The translations under genes were made by a program, and so were the position numbers. Of a stretch of 62,430 nucleotides of DNA, positions 1-9,391 are shown piece by piece; the stretch's first letter is position 1, and the number at the start of each line of letters is the position of its first letter. Under the pieces are notes generated by a model. The model was given only the letters and a program-made list of their open reading frames with translations. It had not been told where the DNA came from and did no database searches. This DNA is from an uncultured Bacteroidota bacterium. Lineage in GTDB: Bacteria > Bacteroidota > Bacteroidia > Chitinophagales > Saprospiraceae. The DNA lies in NCBI GenBank assembly GCA_903836265.1, contig CAILQK010000258.1, positions 1 through 62,430 of the forward strand, written 5' to 3'.

Positions 1-160
1 ATAACCCACAAAAACCTGAACCGGGTTGTTAAATAGATACTGCTCAGGCAACCATCTGCCCGGTTCAAGCGCCATTTTTGCCGCTGAAATGATAAAGCGA
101 AAGTCTGTTTTCGGCAGACTATCAATACTTTTGCTAAAAATTCTGCTCTCGTATTCTGGC

Positions 161-3079
161 ATGAAAAATATCTGGAGATTATCTCTCGTCGCTGGCATGT
201 TCATTTTGCCCCTCCTCGGTTGCGTCACAACGAAGCGCAAGGGTGAGGAAACCAGCAATTTCAAACGAACCTACCACAGTTTTACCAACAGGTATAATTA
301 CTGGTTCAATGCAGATGAACTGTACCGACTCTCTGTCATCAAACTGGAATCGGAATACAAGGACAATTATAACCAGATTCTTGAGATATACCCCTACGCG
401 GCCGCCGATTACAAATCTGTGAAAACGGATATGGACAATGTGATTATCAAGGCAGCAAAAGGTATAGTAAAGCACCGGCCCGGTCGCTGGGTTGATGACA
501 ATTACCTGCTGATCGGACAGGCACAATTCATCAAACGCGACTTCGAAACAGCCGAAGAGACTTTCAGCTACATACAGGAGGAACAGGACCCAAAGAACAA
601 ACGGGCGGTCAAGAAAAGCAGCGCGCAGAAGAAGAAAGAGAATCTGAAGAAAGCTGCTCAGAAAAAGAAGGAGGCAAAGAAAAAGGCTGCTGCAAAGAAA
701 AAGGCCGCCAAAAAGAAGGCTGCCGCCAAAAAGAAAGCCGCTGCCAAAAAGAAAAAAGAGGCCGCAAAAAGAAAAAAACAGGGCACAAAAGGCAAAGCAG
801 CTTCAACAACTTCTCCCTCAAAAACTGCCCAGCCAGTACTGTCCGACCCCCAAAAGCCGGCAAAAAATGACCCGGAAGCATCCAGGAAGGCCGAAGTGAA
901 TCCTTATGATGAACCCTGGGGACGGAAAAATGCCTTTCCCAGTGCCATGATCTGGTACGGCCGTACCATGACCGAACGCGAAAATTACGACGAAGCCGAA
1001 TTCCTCTTCAGAAATCTGTGGGAAGACGGATACCTGCCCAAAAGCCTTTACGATGATCTGGCAATGGCTGAAGCTCATCTTTACATCAGGCAAAAAAGAT
1101 ATGACAAGGCCATTGAACCACTCAAAAATGCCATATTATTCACCGAAAACAAACGCAAGCGGGCACGCCTTGCCTTCATTCTGGCACAACTCTACGACCG
1201 GTCGGGGCAGTATGAGCAGTCTTATGAAACCTACAATGAGGTACTCGCCAACCTGCCTGTATATGAGATGGACTTCAATGCCCGCCTCCAGCAGACCTAT
1301 GCCGGATGGGCACATGGAAAAATAACCGGAGAAGATGCTGTCAAAACCCTCGACCGCATGCTCAGAGACGATAAAAATCTCGAATACCGGGATCAGATTT
1401 ACTACACCCTTGCCATGATTTCCTTGAAAGATGGCAAAAAACAGGATGGTATCGCCAATCTCCGCAAATCACTCTCGTTCTCGGAAGGCAATAATGCCCA
1501 AAGAGCCGAAACCTATCTGATGCTGGCAGATCTGTACTTCGAGGAGGAAGATTTCGTATCGGCAAAACTTTACTACGACAGCACAATCACTGTATTGCCT
1601 ACAACCGATGAACGCTTCAAACGCGCACAGGACTACGCCTCCAACCTCAAGGATATCGCCCGCCTTATACAGACGATAGCAGCCAACGACAGTATCGTTC
1701 GCGTGTTCAAAATGGGGCCGGAGGAACGAAAGGAACTGGCAAAAGTACTCAGGAAACAGAAAGAGGCCGAGGCCGCCGCAAAAGCCGCAAAAGCGAAACC
1801 TGTGTCGGCTGCCGACGCAGCAAAGGCAGCCGCTCCCGCACCACAGGCAGGCCAGAAACCATCCTCCTTCTACTTCTATAACGATGCATTTGTGAAAAAA
1901 GGGAAGAAGGATTTCACCCGTATATGGGGTGAACGAAAACTGGAGGACAACTGGCGACGAAGCAATAAAATTTCAGCAGGAACTGATACAGCTGCAGCCG
2001 CCGACTCAACCGGCACCGATGCTGCCGCTGAAGCTGACCTGAAGGATCTTTTTGCCAGTATCCCCAAAACGGAAGAAGAATTGTCGGTTGTACACATGGC
2101 CACCTACGAAGCCATGTACCAGCTCGGCACTCTTTTCCGCGACAAACTTCAGAATAACATCCGGTGCGTCGGCACGCTGGAGGAAATGCAGGTGAGATAC
2201 CCCGATACCGCGCGATATGAAAAAGAAACATGGTACTATTGTTTCCTCGCTCACAATGACCTCACCAACACCGAACGCGCCAACTACTACCTCGAAAAAC
2301 TCAGGGGGAAATATCCGAACAGCGCATTCGCACGTGTACTCACAGATCCCAACTTCCAGAATGCTGCCAGGGAACGGGAGCGGGAGCTGAACAAGTATTA
2401 CGAGGAAACATTCCGCATGTTTCAGTCAGGGTCATACAAAGATGCCTACACACGCTGTCAGGATGCACCCAAAAGATTTGGTTCGCAAAATCAGCTGATG
2501 CCAAAATTCTTCCTGCTCAGCGCTCTTTGCGTGGGGAACCTGAGCGGCAGCGAAGCTTACTGCTCATCGCTTGGCGAAGTGGTCAGCCGCTACCCCGACA
2601 GCCCGGAAGCTACACGCGCCAAGGAAATTGCCCGACTGCTGAGCTGCAAAGGCTTTGAAACAGATGACAAAAAGAAAAATGATGGCCCTGTTGACGACGC
2701 ATTCACCGTGGAAGACGACAAACTTCACTACTTTATTATAGCACTCAGGGGCGACAACGTAAGGCTCGACGATATCAAAGCGGCTGTTACCGACTACAAC
2801 AGGGAAAACCACAAACTTGAACAACTCCGGATTTCCAATATTTTCCTGGGTACCGATACCAACCTGCCTATCGTGGTCATCAGAAAATTCGACAACAAGG
2901 ATCAGGCCATGAAATACTATGACGAAGTGAAAGGCAGAAAGGATTTTCTCGGCGAATCAGGCAAAAAAACCTACGACAAGGAATATTTTGCCGTGACGCA
3001 GGAGAATTACAGACGTATCCTGAAAAACAAGACGCTCGATGGCTATCGCGATTTCTATGAGGAAAATTATCTCAGGTGA
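161..3079 (+). CDS. TPR-repeat outer-membrane lipoprotein, PorW/SprE-like (type IX secretion / gliding associated)
   Basis: ORF 26..3079. The internal ATG at 161 gives MKNIWRLSLVAGMFILPLLGC, a signal peptide with an LLGC lipobox. The N-terminal pattern KRTYHSFTNRYNYWFN and many TPR-like helical repeats resemble SprE/PorW as I remember that family. A Lys/Ala-rich linker is present. Confidence 0.55.
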   Translation: MKNIWRLSLVAGMFILPLLGCVTTKRKGEETSNFKRTYHSFTNRYNYWFNADELYRLSVIKLESEYKDNYNQILEIYPYAAADYKSVKTDMDNVIIKAAKGIVKHRPGRWVDDNYLLIGQAQFIKRDFETAEETFSYIQEEQDPKNKRAVKKSSAQKKKENLKKAAQKKKEAKKKAAAKKKAAKKKAAAKKKAAAKKKKEAAKRKKQGTKGKAASTTSPSKTAQPVLSDPQKPAKNDPEASRKAEVNPYDEPWGRKNAFPSAMIWYGRTMTERENYDEAEFLFRNLWEDGYLPKSLYDDLAMAEAHLYIRQKRYDKAIEPLKNAILFTENKRKRARLAFILAQLYDRSGQYEQSYETYNEVLANLPVYEMDFNARLQQTYAGWAHGKITGEDAVKTLDRMLRDDKNLEYRDQIYYTLAMISLKDGKKQDGIANLRKSLSFSEGNNAQRAETYLMLADLYFEEEDFVSAKLYYDSTITVLPTTDERFKRAQDYASNLKDIARLIQTIAANDSIVRVFKMGPEERKELAKVLRKQKEAEAAAKAAKAKPVSAADAAKAAAPAPQAGQKPSSFYFYNDAFVKKGKKDFTRIWGERKLEDNWRRSNKISAGTDTAAAADSTGTDAAAEADLKDLFASIPKTEEELSVVHMATYEAMYQLGTLFRDKLQNNIRCVGTLEEMQVRYPDTARYEKETWYYCFLAHNDLTNTERANYYLEKLRGKYPNSAFARVLTDPNFQNAARERERELNKYYEETFRMFQSGSYKDAYTRCQDAPKRFGSQNQLMPKFFLLSALCVGNLSGSEAYCSSLGEVVSRYPDSPEATRAKEIARLLSCKGFETDDKKKNDGPVDDAFTVEDDKLHYFIIALRGDNVRLDDIKAAVTDYNRENHKLEQLRISNIFLGTDTNLPIVVIRKFDNKDQAMKYYDEVKGRKDFLGESGKKTYDKEYFAVTQENYRRILKNKTLDGYRDFYEENYLR
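611..800 (+). repeat. Lys/Ala-rich low-complexity tandem repeat (KKKAAA units) inside the PorW/SprE-like CDS
   Basis: The translation reads KKSSAQKKKENLKKAAQKKKEAKKKAAAKKKAAKKKAAAKKKAAAKKKKEAAKRKKQGTKGK. The DNA shows reiterated aaaaagaaggc(t/c)gc(c/t)gcc units. Confidence 0.7.
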
Positions 3080-3115
3080 TACTGATCTTAACGCTCATCT
3101 TCAATACAGGATGTC

Positions 3116-3307
3116 ATGAAAAAATTTCTCTTTTTCGCAGTTATTTTCGCTGGTGTGGCGGTTACTGCTCCGGCCTGTGCACCCAAAACCGGCTGTCCGG
3201 CCAATGAAAGCCTGAAAGCCGACATGTCTAAAACCAAAAAGAAAAAGGGCAGCAATTCCGACCTTTTCCCCAAAAATATGAAAAAGAAGATGGGACACAG
3301 CAGATAA
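3116..3307 (+). CDS. small secreted or lipoprotein (63 aa), Lys-rich C-terminus, unknown function
   Basis: MKKFLFFAVIFAGVAVTAPAC looks like a signal peptide ending in a Cys. The ATG lies 37 nt after the PorW-like stop, on the same strand. Confidence 0.4.
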   Translation: MKKFLFFAVIFAGVAVTAPACAPKTGCPANESLKADMSKTKKKKGSNSDLFPKNMKKKMGHSR

Positions 3308-3406
3308 CCCCTCTCCCGGGAATACAAAACGTTCAACCAAACATATTCACCACCATGAAATGGATTAAATGTACGCTTTTGCCGGCGCTAGTGGTCTTTG
3401 TGTATA

Positions 3407-3475
3407 TTCCGGAAGCTTTGCCCCCCTGTTCCGATTGGGTCTGACCCCCTCATTCCGGAGGTTTGCCCCCTGTAT
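3407..3475. repeat. imperfect ~23-nt direct repeat (ATTCCGGARG(C)TTTGCCCCC(C)TGT), two copies about 45 nt apart
   Basis: Copy 1 is attccggaagctttgcccccctgt (about 3407-3430). Copy 2 is attccggaggtttgccccctgt (about 3452-3473). Both lie in the gap between convergent genes. Confidence 0.5.
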
Positions 3476-3529
3476 ATTAGGGTGTGTCTGAAAGATACAC
3501 CATACTCAAAGTTGAAACTAACTTTGGAT

Positions 3530-3586
3530 ATAAAAACAAAAAAGGCTGTCTCGTATCTTTACTTGTGAGATGGTCTCATCAGCCTC
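3530..3586 (-). terminator. candidate intrinsic terminator of the metzincin/lipoprotein operon
   Basis: The minus-strand RNA reads GGCTG..TCTC-loop-GAGA-CAGCC followed by TTTTTTGTTTTT. It starts right at the stop codon of the 172-aa gene. Confidence 0.45.
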
Positions 3587-4103
3587 AATCATCAACCCTT
3601 GTGTGAAACTCGCCATCTGAGAAAACGATGCTGTCCGGAGCATTCCAACTTCCTTTAATATCGGGCCAGACAATGAGGTTGAACCGACCTTTTATTTCCT
3701 TCTTTTTGCTATCGTATTCTGTAATCTCAAGGTAACTTGTTGAATCCTGTTGGGATAGCAAGTAACTATCATACAACTGATCCTGGTACCCATTGGCATA
3801 GAGGCACCCAATCAAGGAATCATCTGGCGGTTGGTTGAAGGTATACGACAAGGGGTAGTGGCCAACGGTTGCGGGAACCTTGAAGAAATTTAGTTTTTCC
3901 AATATTTCACCGCTCTGATTGAGTGTATTAATCCTGATATTTATCTTGGAGTTTGATATAGTACTCCGGGTTGCCCGTATTTCAGTTACCCATGGGCTAC
4001 CGTTTTTTTGCACGGTAACCGTTCCCCAATAATAATCATCCTTCTCACAAGAAAACAGGGTAATGACTACCAGTGCCGGCAGCACTATTTTGGCGTAACG
4101 CAT
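3585..4103 (-). CDS. hypothetical lipoprotein (172 aa), co-transcribed with the upstream metalloprotease
   Basis: MRYAKIVLPALVVITLFSC is a signal peptide with a lipobox Cys. There is an 11-nt gap (4104..4114) to the preceding gene on the same strand. No recognisable family motif. Confidence 0.6.
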   Translation of the reverse strand: MRYAKIVLPALVVITLFSCEKDDYYWGTVTVQKNGSPWVTEIRATRSTISNSKINIRINTLNQSGEILEKLNFFKVPATVGHYPLSYTFNQPPDDSLIGCLYANGYQDQLYDSYLLSQQDSTSYLEITEYDSKKKEIKGRFNLIVWPDIKGSWNAPDSIVFSDGEFHTRVDD

Positions 4104-4114
4104 GATTTTTTGTT

Positions 4115-5992
4115 TTAATGAACAATGACAAGTTTGCGGGTTGCATACAAACCTCTGGATTTGATTCGGACAAGGTAGGCTCCATTCGGCAAAAGATGGG
4201 TGTCGAGTTCAACCCCTGAACGACCTTCCGGGTTTAAGGTAAAAGTATGTAGCCCGTAAAAATTCCCTAATACCGAAACTAACTCGATGGAAAATTCATC
4301 CTGTAACCACAGGTCTGGAGTAAGGATGCTGGTGCGGCTATGAGCAGGGTTTGGGTTGATCGAAATTATAGGATTGACCACCACGTCTGGACTAACAAGA
4401 AGCGCTGGGCGCTCTCCGTCACAATCAGAGCTTTCCAGCGGCAATACGCGAATATCCCAGTAGGTGACATACATCTGGCCTGTTCCGGAAGTGACAACCA
4501 GTTTTATAAACACCACGTCTCCTGCCTCAAGTGTGGTAGGCATTGGAATGGATGCATTATCGGTTACGCTAAGTGGAGTGGGATCGTAATTAATGCCATC
4601 ACTACTGATTTGCCACAAATAGGTGTAGGGGCCAGGTCCGCCGCCACTTGCCTGAGCTACGAGGGGGACAGGTATGCCAAGCGCTGAAATGCACCGGTGG
4701 TCATCACCATAAATAATTGCACGTAGATCGTTAGAGCTTTGATATTCTCCAACGATACATGCTTGTTCTCGAAGCTGTCTGGCGTTGTTTCTTTCTGCAA
4801 TTCCTGAGGGGGTGCTATACAAACCTGTTGCTTTACCATGGTATTGTACATCTGGGTTCGAGAAATGTGGAATCCTTTTTTTCTTTTTTACGCCAGCTTC
4901 CATGATGGTGTTTAAGTTCCGTCTCCAAGTCAAATCGAACTCATGTGGCCGCTGAAAGTCAGGCTCGCAACCTCCGTTATTGTTCCCAACGCTATGTCTG
5001 CAGCCGAACAGATGGCCCAGCTCATGGGTGAACGACATCCTTGATGCTGCGGCATCCGCTTCCACAATGGCAAAAGCCAGATTTTCTGCCGGTTCACAGG
5101 AAGGCGCAAGACCGAAAACAGGGCCGTCGCCAGCACTATAATCTCCGTCTGTAAGCAATATCACGCAATCGGCAAATAGACTGTTACGAAGCGAGAGTGC
5201 AGTTGAGTTGGTACGCAAAGCAGTCAAATCTTCCGAAATATCATCGCCCTCATTAAAGTCCGAAAGTAACGCTTTGCCCGCTAATTTAAAAGTTAGCTCG
5301 GAAGGGGTAACGGCGCTGTTACGGAGCGCCTGATTTGATTGGGCGATTAACCCGGAAATAAACGTGGAAACATTATCAATATCTTCGGCTGCGTTATTGG
5401 TATAGAGTACCAAAACCTTTACATCACAATTTTCCTCACGATCCGAGGCGATTTGCGTTGTCTCTTCCGGGATAGCCTCAGTTGGGCTATCTGGTGCGTT
5501 ATAGCCACAAACTGCGGCATCCTCTTCTTCCAATTCGACCAATATATAGACGTCATCCCCCAAGGGCCGGATGAAAAAATCTCTTTCTTCAAGAGCAAAA
5601 TATCCGAACACTTCGCCGTCCTTAAGCTGAAATGAAGCATATCCGAGTGAATCCATGAGATCACCGTACCAAGTAATATCGTCCGTGGAAGGAGACCAAA
5701 CATACCTGGCATGATAGGAATAAATAGTAGCATCGCCGGGCACCTGAAGTTCCAGCACCTGGTCTGCAACTTGTTGGGCGAAATCGTTTATTTGGATAAA
5801 AGTGATTATTCCTGTTACATCCGAAAATTCGGATTTCTCGTACCTGGAAACCTGGGTTGAGTTCAAATCGTTTTTTGTCTGGGTTGTAGTTTGAAAAAAA
5901 TCTGCCTGGGCAAAAACATCCCCAGCGCAGAATAAAGTAAAAAACAGTGATAAAAAACGAAAGAAGTTGGTGAATAATAGCTTTTTAGACAT
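4115..5992 (-). CDS. secreted metzincin zinc metalloprotease (reprolysin/M12B-like) with a T9SS C-terminal sorting domain
   Basis: The HELGHLFGCRH motif (HExxHxxGxxH) is encoded at 4994..5026. There is an N-terminal signal peptide ending ..GDVFAQ. The C-terminus LPNGAYLVRIKSRGLYATRKLVIVH is typical of a Por/T9SS CTD. Confidence 0.8.
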   Translation of the reverse strand: MSKKLLFTNFFRFLSLFFTLFCAGDVFAQADFFQTTTQTKNDLNSTQVSRYEKSEFSDVTGIITFIQINDFAQQVADQVLELQVPGDATIYSYHARYVWSPSTDDITWYGDLMDSLGYASFQLKDGEVFGYFALEERDFFIRPLGDDVYILVELEEEDAAVCGYNAPDSPTEAIPEETTQIASDREENCDVKVLVLYTNNAAEDIDNVSTFISGLIAQSNQALRNSAVTPSELTFKLAGKALLSDFNEGDDISEDLTALRTNSTALSLRNSLFADCVILLTDGDYSAGDGPVFGLAPSCEPAENLAFAIVEADAAASRMSFTHELGHLFGCRHSVGNNNGGCEPDFQRPHEFDLTWRRNLNTIMEAGVKKKKRIPHFSNPDVQYHGKATGLYSTPSGIAERNNARQLREQACIVGEYQSSNDLRAIIYGDDHRCISALGIPVPLVAQASGGGPGPYTYLWQISSDGINYDPTPLSVTDNASIPMPTTLEAGDVVFIKLVVTSGTGQMYVTYWDIRVLPLESSDCDGERPALLVSPDVVVNPIISINPNPAHSRTSILTPDLWLQDEFSIELVSVLGNFYGLHTFTLNPEGRSGVELDTHLLPNGAYLVRIKSRGLYATRKLVIVH

Positions 5993-6176
5993 ATTATCAA
6001 GCGTTGAAGGTTTGTAAAAAGTAGTTGTAGTTCGATTAAAGATAGAGCCGAGATGTCAAACAGAAAAAATTACAAATGAAATTTAACGAGTTAATTTTCT
6101 GTAAGGTACTCAAGCGTGAATGAAACCCGTATCTGGTTTGACGAGCGAGTTTTACAAAAGGGAACGGGTAAGCAGA

Positions 6177-6212
6177 GAGGCTGTCTCATAAGTAACGACA
6201 TGAGACAGCCTC
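6177..6212 (-). terminator. perfect 13-bp hairpin between two co-oriented genes (terminator or stability element, no U-tail)
   Basis: GAGGCTGTCTCAT, a 10-nt loop, then ATGAGACAGCCTC. It lies 56 nt downstream of the stop of the 6268..9156 gene. Confidence 0.4.
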
Positions 6213-6267
6213 GTTTGAGTTAGTTGCTTGCGGATTAAACAATCGGATTGGAATGGCCTCTTTTCAG

Positions 6268-9156
6268 TCACCTGACGATTATAGTTCCCGTGGCTACCGG
6301 TAACCCGTCGGCGGAAATCCGGTAGTGAAAGGCGCCGGTTGGAAGCTGACGCCTGAACAATTGGAATGTGGGAACAGAGAAAGATTGAGAATGTACATTT
6401 TTACCAAGCGCATCGAACAACTGCAGTTCATATTTGCCTGCATCTGTTCCGGATACTTCGAAGGTAACACTTGCCACCATCGGATTCGGGAAGGTTCTCA
6501 CTTCCACACCTGGCCTGAATGTTTCCCTGATACTGGTTACAACCACAAAACTGTCGAATTCACAAACGGTATGCAGTGTCGTGTCGGTGAAACCGGGCTG
6601 GTTGAAATCAAAATAAACGGCGGCACTGTTCAGTATCTTTGTCTCACACGGCAGATTGCTCTGCTGTGCAACACGGAACTTTACAAATCCTTCACTTTCA
6701 GCACCGCCGCCAGGGGGGAGATTGATGTTTTGGAGGGTGAACTGGACGATGCCGCCACCATACACAACGAAGTCGAATGGATGACTGCATACGCCGGGAT
6801 GAACCGTGGCAGGATCCAGTGCAGCAGACAGTGTATCACGAATGATAACCTGCCGCACTGTGTCTGCTCCGGTATTTCTGAACTGGATTAAGTAGTCCAA
6901 ATCGGTTTTTGGACTGATGTAATTATGGGCCACATCATAGCCCTTGGGATGGCCTCTTTTGAGGTATAATGGATTGTAATCGGCATCGTAACTCTCCTGG
7001 CAATCGGTTTCCCTGAATACGTCGCCGTCATCTTCGGGAAACATCGTGTAAAAACCAAGCGAAATGTCGGCATTGCTGGTATCACTGATACAACCCTCCA
7101 CGGCAGCTGTCGGGTAGCTGTATCCCGGATAGCCGGGGCTCTGCTCGGCAATGATGCGAAAGGTACTTCCGTTGGCGGGCCGCGACCACACGATCGAATC
7201 ACTGCCCGCATCAAGCTGGAAGCGGAAATCAGGATCGTTCGGCTGTGTCAGCATGATGACATCCTCGGCAATGACATATCCGAGTGGTCCGTTCATATCT
7301 GCACCCACATTGGTAAGCATCATTTTGACAGAATCATTCTCGCAAAGTGCCTGCGCAGAGATGATTGATCCGTCCCACGCCGGATTTATATCGCAAAAAT
7401 TATTGGGTGCAATAAAGGCTGTTACACAGTGTGTTTGTCCGGTTATGGTGTTGCAATCGAGGAACGCCACAAGCGACAACTCTCCGCAATCGGCATTGTT
7501 GAGTGTACCAATATTGAAGAACACGGTATCACCGGAAATACTCTGGGGAGCTACAGAACTGCTCACATACTGTAATCCGGGGTCGAGGATAACAGATATG
7601 AGTGTATTGAACGACGGAACCGTACCCGAGTTGCAGTAGCGAACCCTGTAGGTATTTTCTGTACAGCGGCGTAAAATGGAGGCTGCAATGTCCACCTCGT
7701 TTCTGGCACAGTCGAACTGTGTACGAACGGGAATACTGGCAAATACCGTATCAAAATAATCCTGGACATCCACAGTAATTGTCTGATCGCAGGGCTTCCA
7801 GTAGGTATTGGGTGGAAACAGTACCAGATTGTATGAGCCGGTGTCAACGGGCACGCGAATGTCGCCGTTTGCGTTGGCTACAGTATAAATAGTGTCATTG
7901 GCGCCTTCAAAACGCACTACCCAGTTTCTGAGCCCTGTCTCGTCTGCTTCCTTCTGGCAGTTTCCGTTGAAATCGCGGAAAATATTGGCCTCAATGTAGC
8001 TTGTCAGAACCTTCCCGTTTGCATCGGCCTTTATGACGCAGGCATAAGACTGGCCAATAGCACCGATAGTCAGTTCGCTGTAGCCGGCTGCGACAGCTCC
8101 GCCACGCTGTGCAATGATGGCATTGCCACCTGAAAAGCCACCGTGTGAATTGCGCGCTTCCCAGATTATATTGCCCTGAGCATCTGTTTTTATAATATTG
8201 AGATCCTCCAGCACCCCTGTAACACGGTGACCGGTGAGCAAAAGATTGCCTCCCGGCTCAACTGCCAGATCATTGATATCAGTTCCGTTGATGAATCGCT
8301 CCCAGACCGGGCTGGCATTGAGCCCCGGGGTAATTTTGACAAGATAACCGGCTCCTCCCGCTATCGTGTTGGAAAAACCGCCAACAATCAGGTTCCCGTC
8401 GGGAGTGAACTCGATTGCACTGGCAATTTCATCCTCCGGAGTTCCGTAAGTCTGTTCTCCGACCAGGGCGCCATCTTCCTTGAGGTGCAGCACATACGCC
8501 TGGCGATCGGCAATAGCGGTTACCTGCGACTCGCCGGCAACCAGAATATCTCCCACAGGCGAGACAGTGATACCATTGCCCTGTTTTCGATATTCGTCGT
8601 TACCATAATTGTTCAGCCACTGCAGATTACCATCGGCATCAGTTTTCATGACGAAAACATTCTGCCTGTTGCCCGGCATGTGCTGAATTCCTGTGAGAAT
8701 CAGGTTCCCGTCATCGAGTCTTTTGATCGCCATTGCCTCCTCGATCAGGTCGTCGCCGTATGTCTTTTCCCAGAGTTTGATGCCAAACGCGTCGGTTTTC
8801 ATCAGATAAATATCGCGCTGAAGCGGGCCCGAAGTGCCGTCGGCATCTACATAACCTGCCACGAAAATCTGACCGTCTGTATCTACAGCTACACCGGCGC
8901 CCTCAATACGTGCAGAAGGGGCACCGCCTGTATAGGTGCGGCTCCACTGAAGATTGCCGTCGGCATCAATCTTGAACAGGAACAGCCGGGAGTTGGCGTT
9001 GTAATAGCCGGTAACAACATAGCCACCATCAGCAGTACGCGCAATACCCCTGGCCACATCCTGGCCACTGCCACCATAGATGGCCTCCCATCCCTGAGCC
9101 TGCAGGCGAGTCAGAGAGAGAACCAGTGCGAACAGTGTGAATAAGCGTATTGCCAT
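6268..9156 (-). CDS. large secreted repeat protein (beta-propeller-type repeats, SdrD-B/DUF11-like beta-sandwich modules) with a T9SS C-terminal sorting domain
   Basis: ORF 6268..9270 trimmed to the ATG at 9156, giving MAIRLFTLFALVLSLTRLQAQG (signal peptide). There are reiterated D(A/E)xGNhxW..xYG units. The C-terminal FPNP..VTFEV...YELQLFDALGK...TGTIIVR is CTD-like. Confidence 0.75.
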   Translation of the reverse strand: MAIRLFTLFALVLSLTRLQAQGWEAIYGGSGQDVARGIARTADGGYVVTGYYNANSRLFLFKIDADGNLQWSRTYTGGAPSARIEGAGVAVDTDGQIFVAGYVDADGTSGPLQRDIYLMKTDAFGIKLWEKTYGDDLIEEAMAIKRLDDGNLILTGIQHMPGNRQNVFVMKTDADGNLQWLNNYGNDEYRKQGNGITVSPVGDILVAGESQVTAIADRQAYVLHLKEDGALVGEQTYGTPEDEIASAIEFTPDGNLIVGGFSNTIAGGAGYLVKITPGLNASPVWERFINGTDINDLAVEPGGNLLLTGHRVTGVLEDLNIIKTDAQGNIIWEARNSHGGFSGGNAIIAQRGGAVAAGYSELTIGAIGQSYACVIKADANGKVLTSYIEANIFRDFNGNCQKEADETGLRNWVVRFEGANDTIYTVANANGDIRVPVDTGSYNLVLFPPNTYWKPCDQTITVDVQDYFDTVFASIPVRTQFDCARNEVDIAASILRRCTENTYRVRYCNSGTVPSFNTLISVILDPGLQYVSSSVAPQSISGDTVFFNIGTLNNADCGELSLVAFLDCNTITGQTHCVTAFIAPNNFCDINPAWDGSIISAQALCENDSVKMMLTNVGADMNGPLGYVIAEDVIMLTQPNDPDFRFQLDAGSDSIVWSRPANGSTFRIIAEQSPGYPGYSYPTAAVEGCISDTSNADISLGFYTMFPEDDGDVFRETDCQESYDADYNPLYLKRGHPKGYDVAHNYISPKTDLDYLIQFRNTGADTVRQVIIRDTLSAALDPATVHPGVCSHPFDFVVYGGGIVQFTLQNINLPPGGGAESEGFVKFRVAQQSNLPCETKILNSAAVYFDFNQPGFTDTTLHTVCEFDSFVVVTSIRETFRPGVEVRTFPNPMVASVTFEVSGTDAGKYELQLFDALGKNVHSQSFSVPTFQLFRRQLPTGAFHYRISADGLPVATGTIIVR

Positions 9157-9391
9157 CTGTATGAAAGTTTTGCCGGGGCGTTTAAACCTTTTGATGATAC
9201 AAAAGTGCAGGCAATGAGTTTTCAGGAGAAAGACAAAATTTCCGATTTGTTGAACAGTTTTTTCGGCCATGATGAAAAAATTTCAGGTTAATTCTTGGAT
9301 TATTAGCGATTAAAACAATTTTATTCAAAAAAAAGCGTTATTTTGCAGATTGTATTTTTTTATTTTGTTGAAATAAAACAATTCAAACTGT

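Noticed and set aside
26-160. N-terminal extensions of track ORFs: 26..160, 9157..9270, 14449..14517, 17066..17302, 20438..20500, 25694..25732, 30106..30300, 31417..31521, 43366..43416, 46921..46941 and 46999..47124.
   Set aside because: In each case an internal start codon immediately precedes a canonical signal peptide or lipobox, or the conserved family N-terminus. The upstream extension is unstructured or overlaps promoter-like sequence.
8227-9144. Long plus- or minus-strand ORFs nested in large genes: 8227..9144, 12865..13737, 21224..22063, 22106..22852, 25724..26470, 38872..39843, 45955..46686, 47542..48150, 51915..52865, 56249..57253 and 57500..58264.
   Set aside because: All lie entirely antisense to ORFs with strong family motifs or signal peptides. 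They lack motifs of their own and are best explained as codon-bias shadow ORFs.
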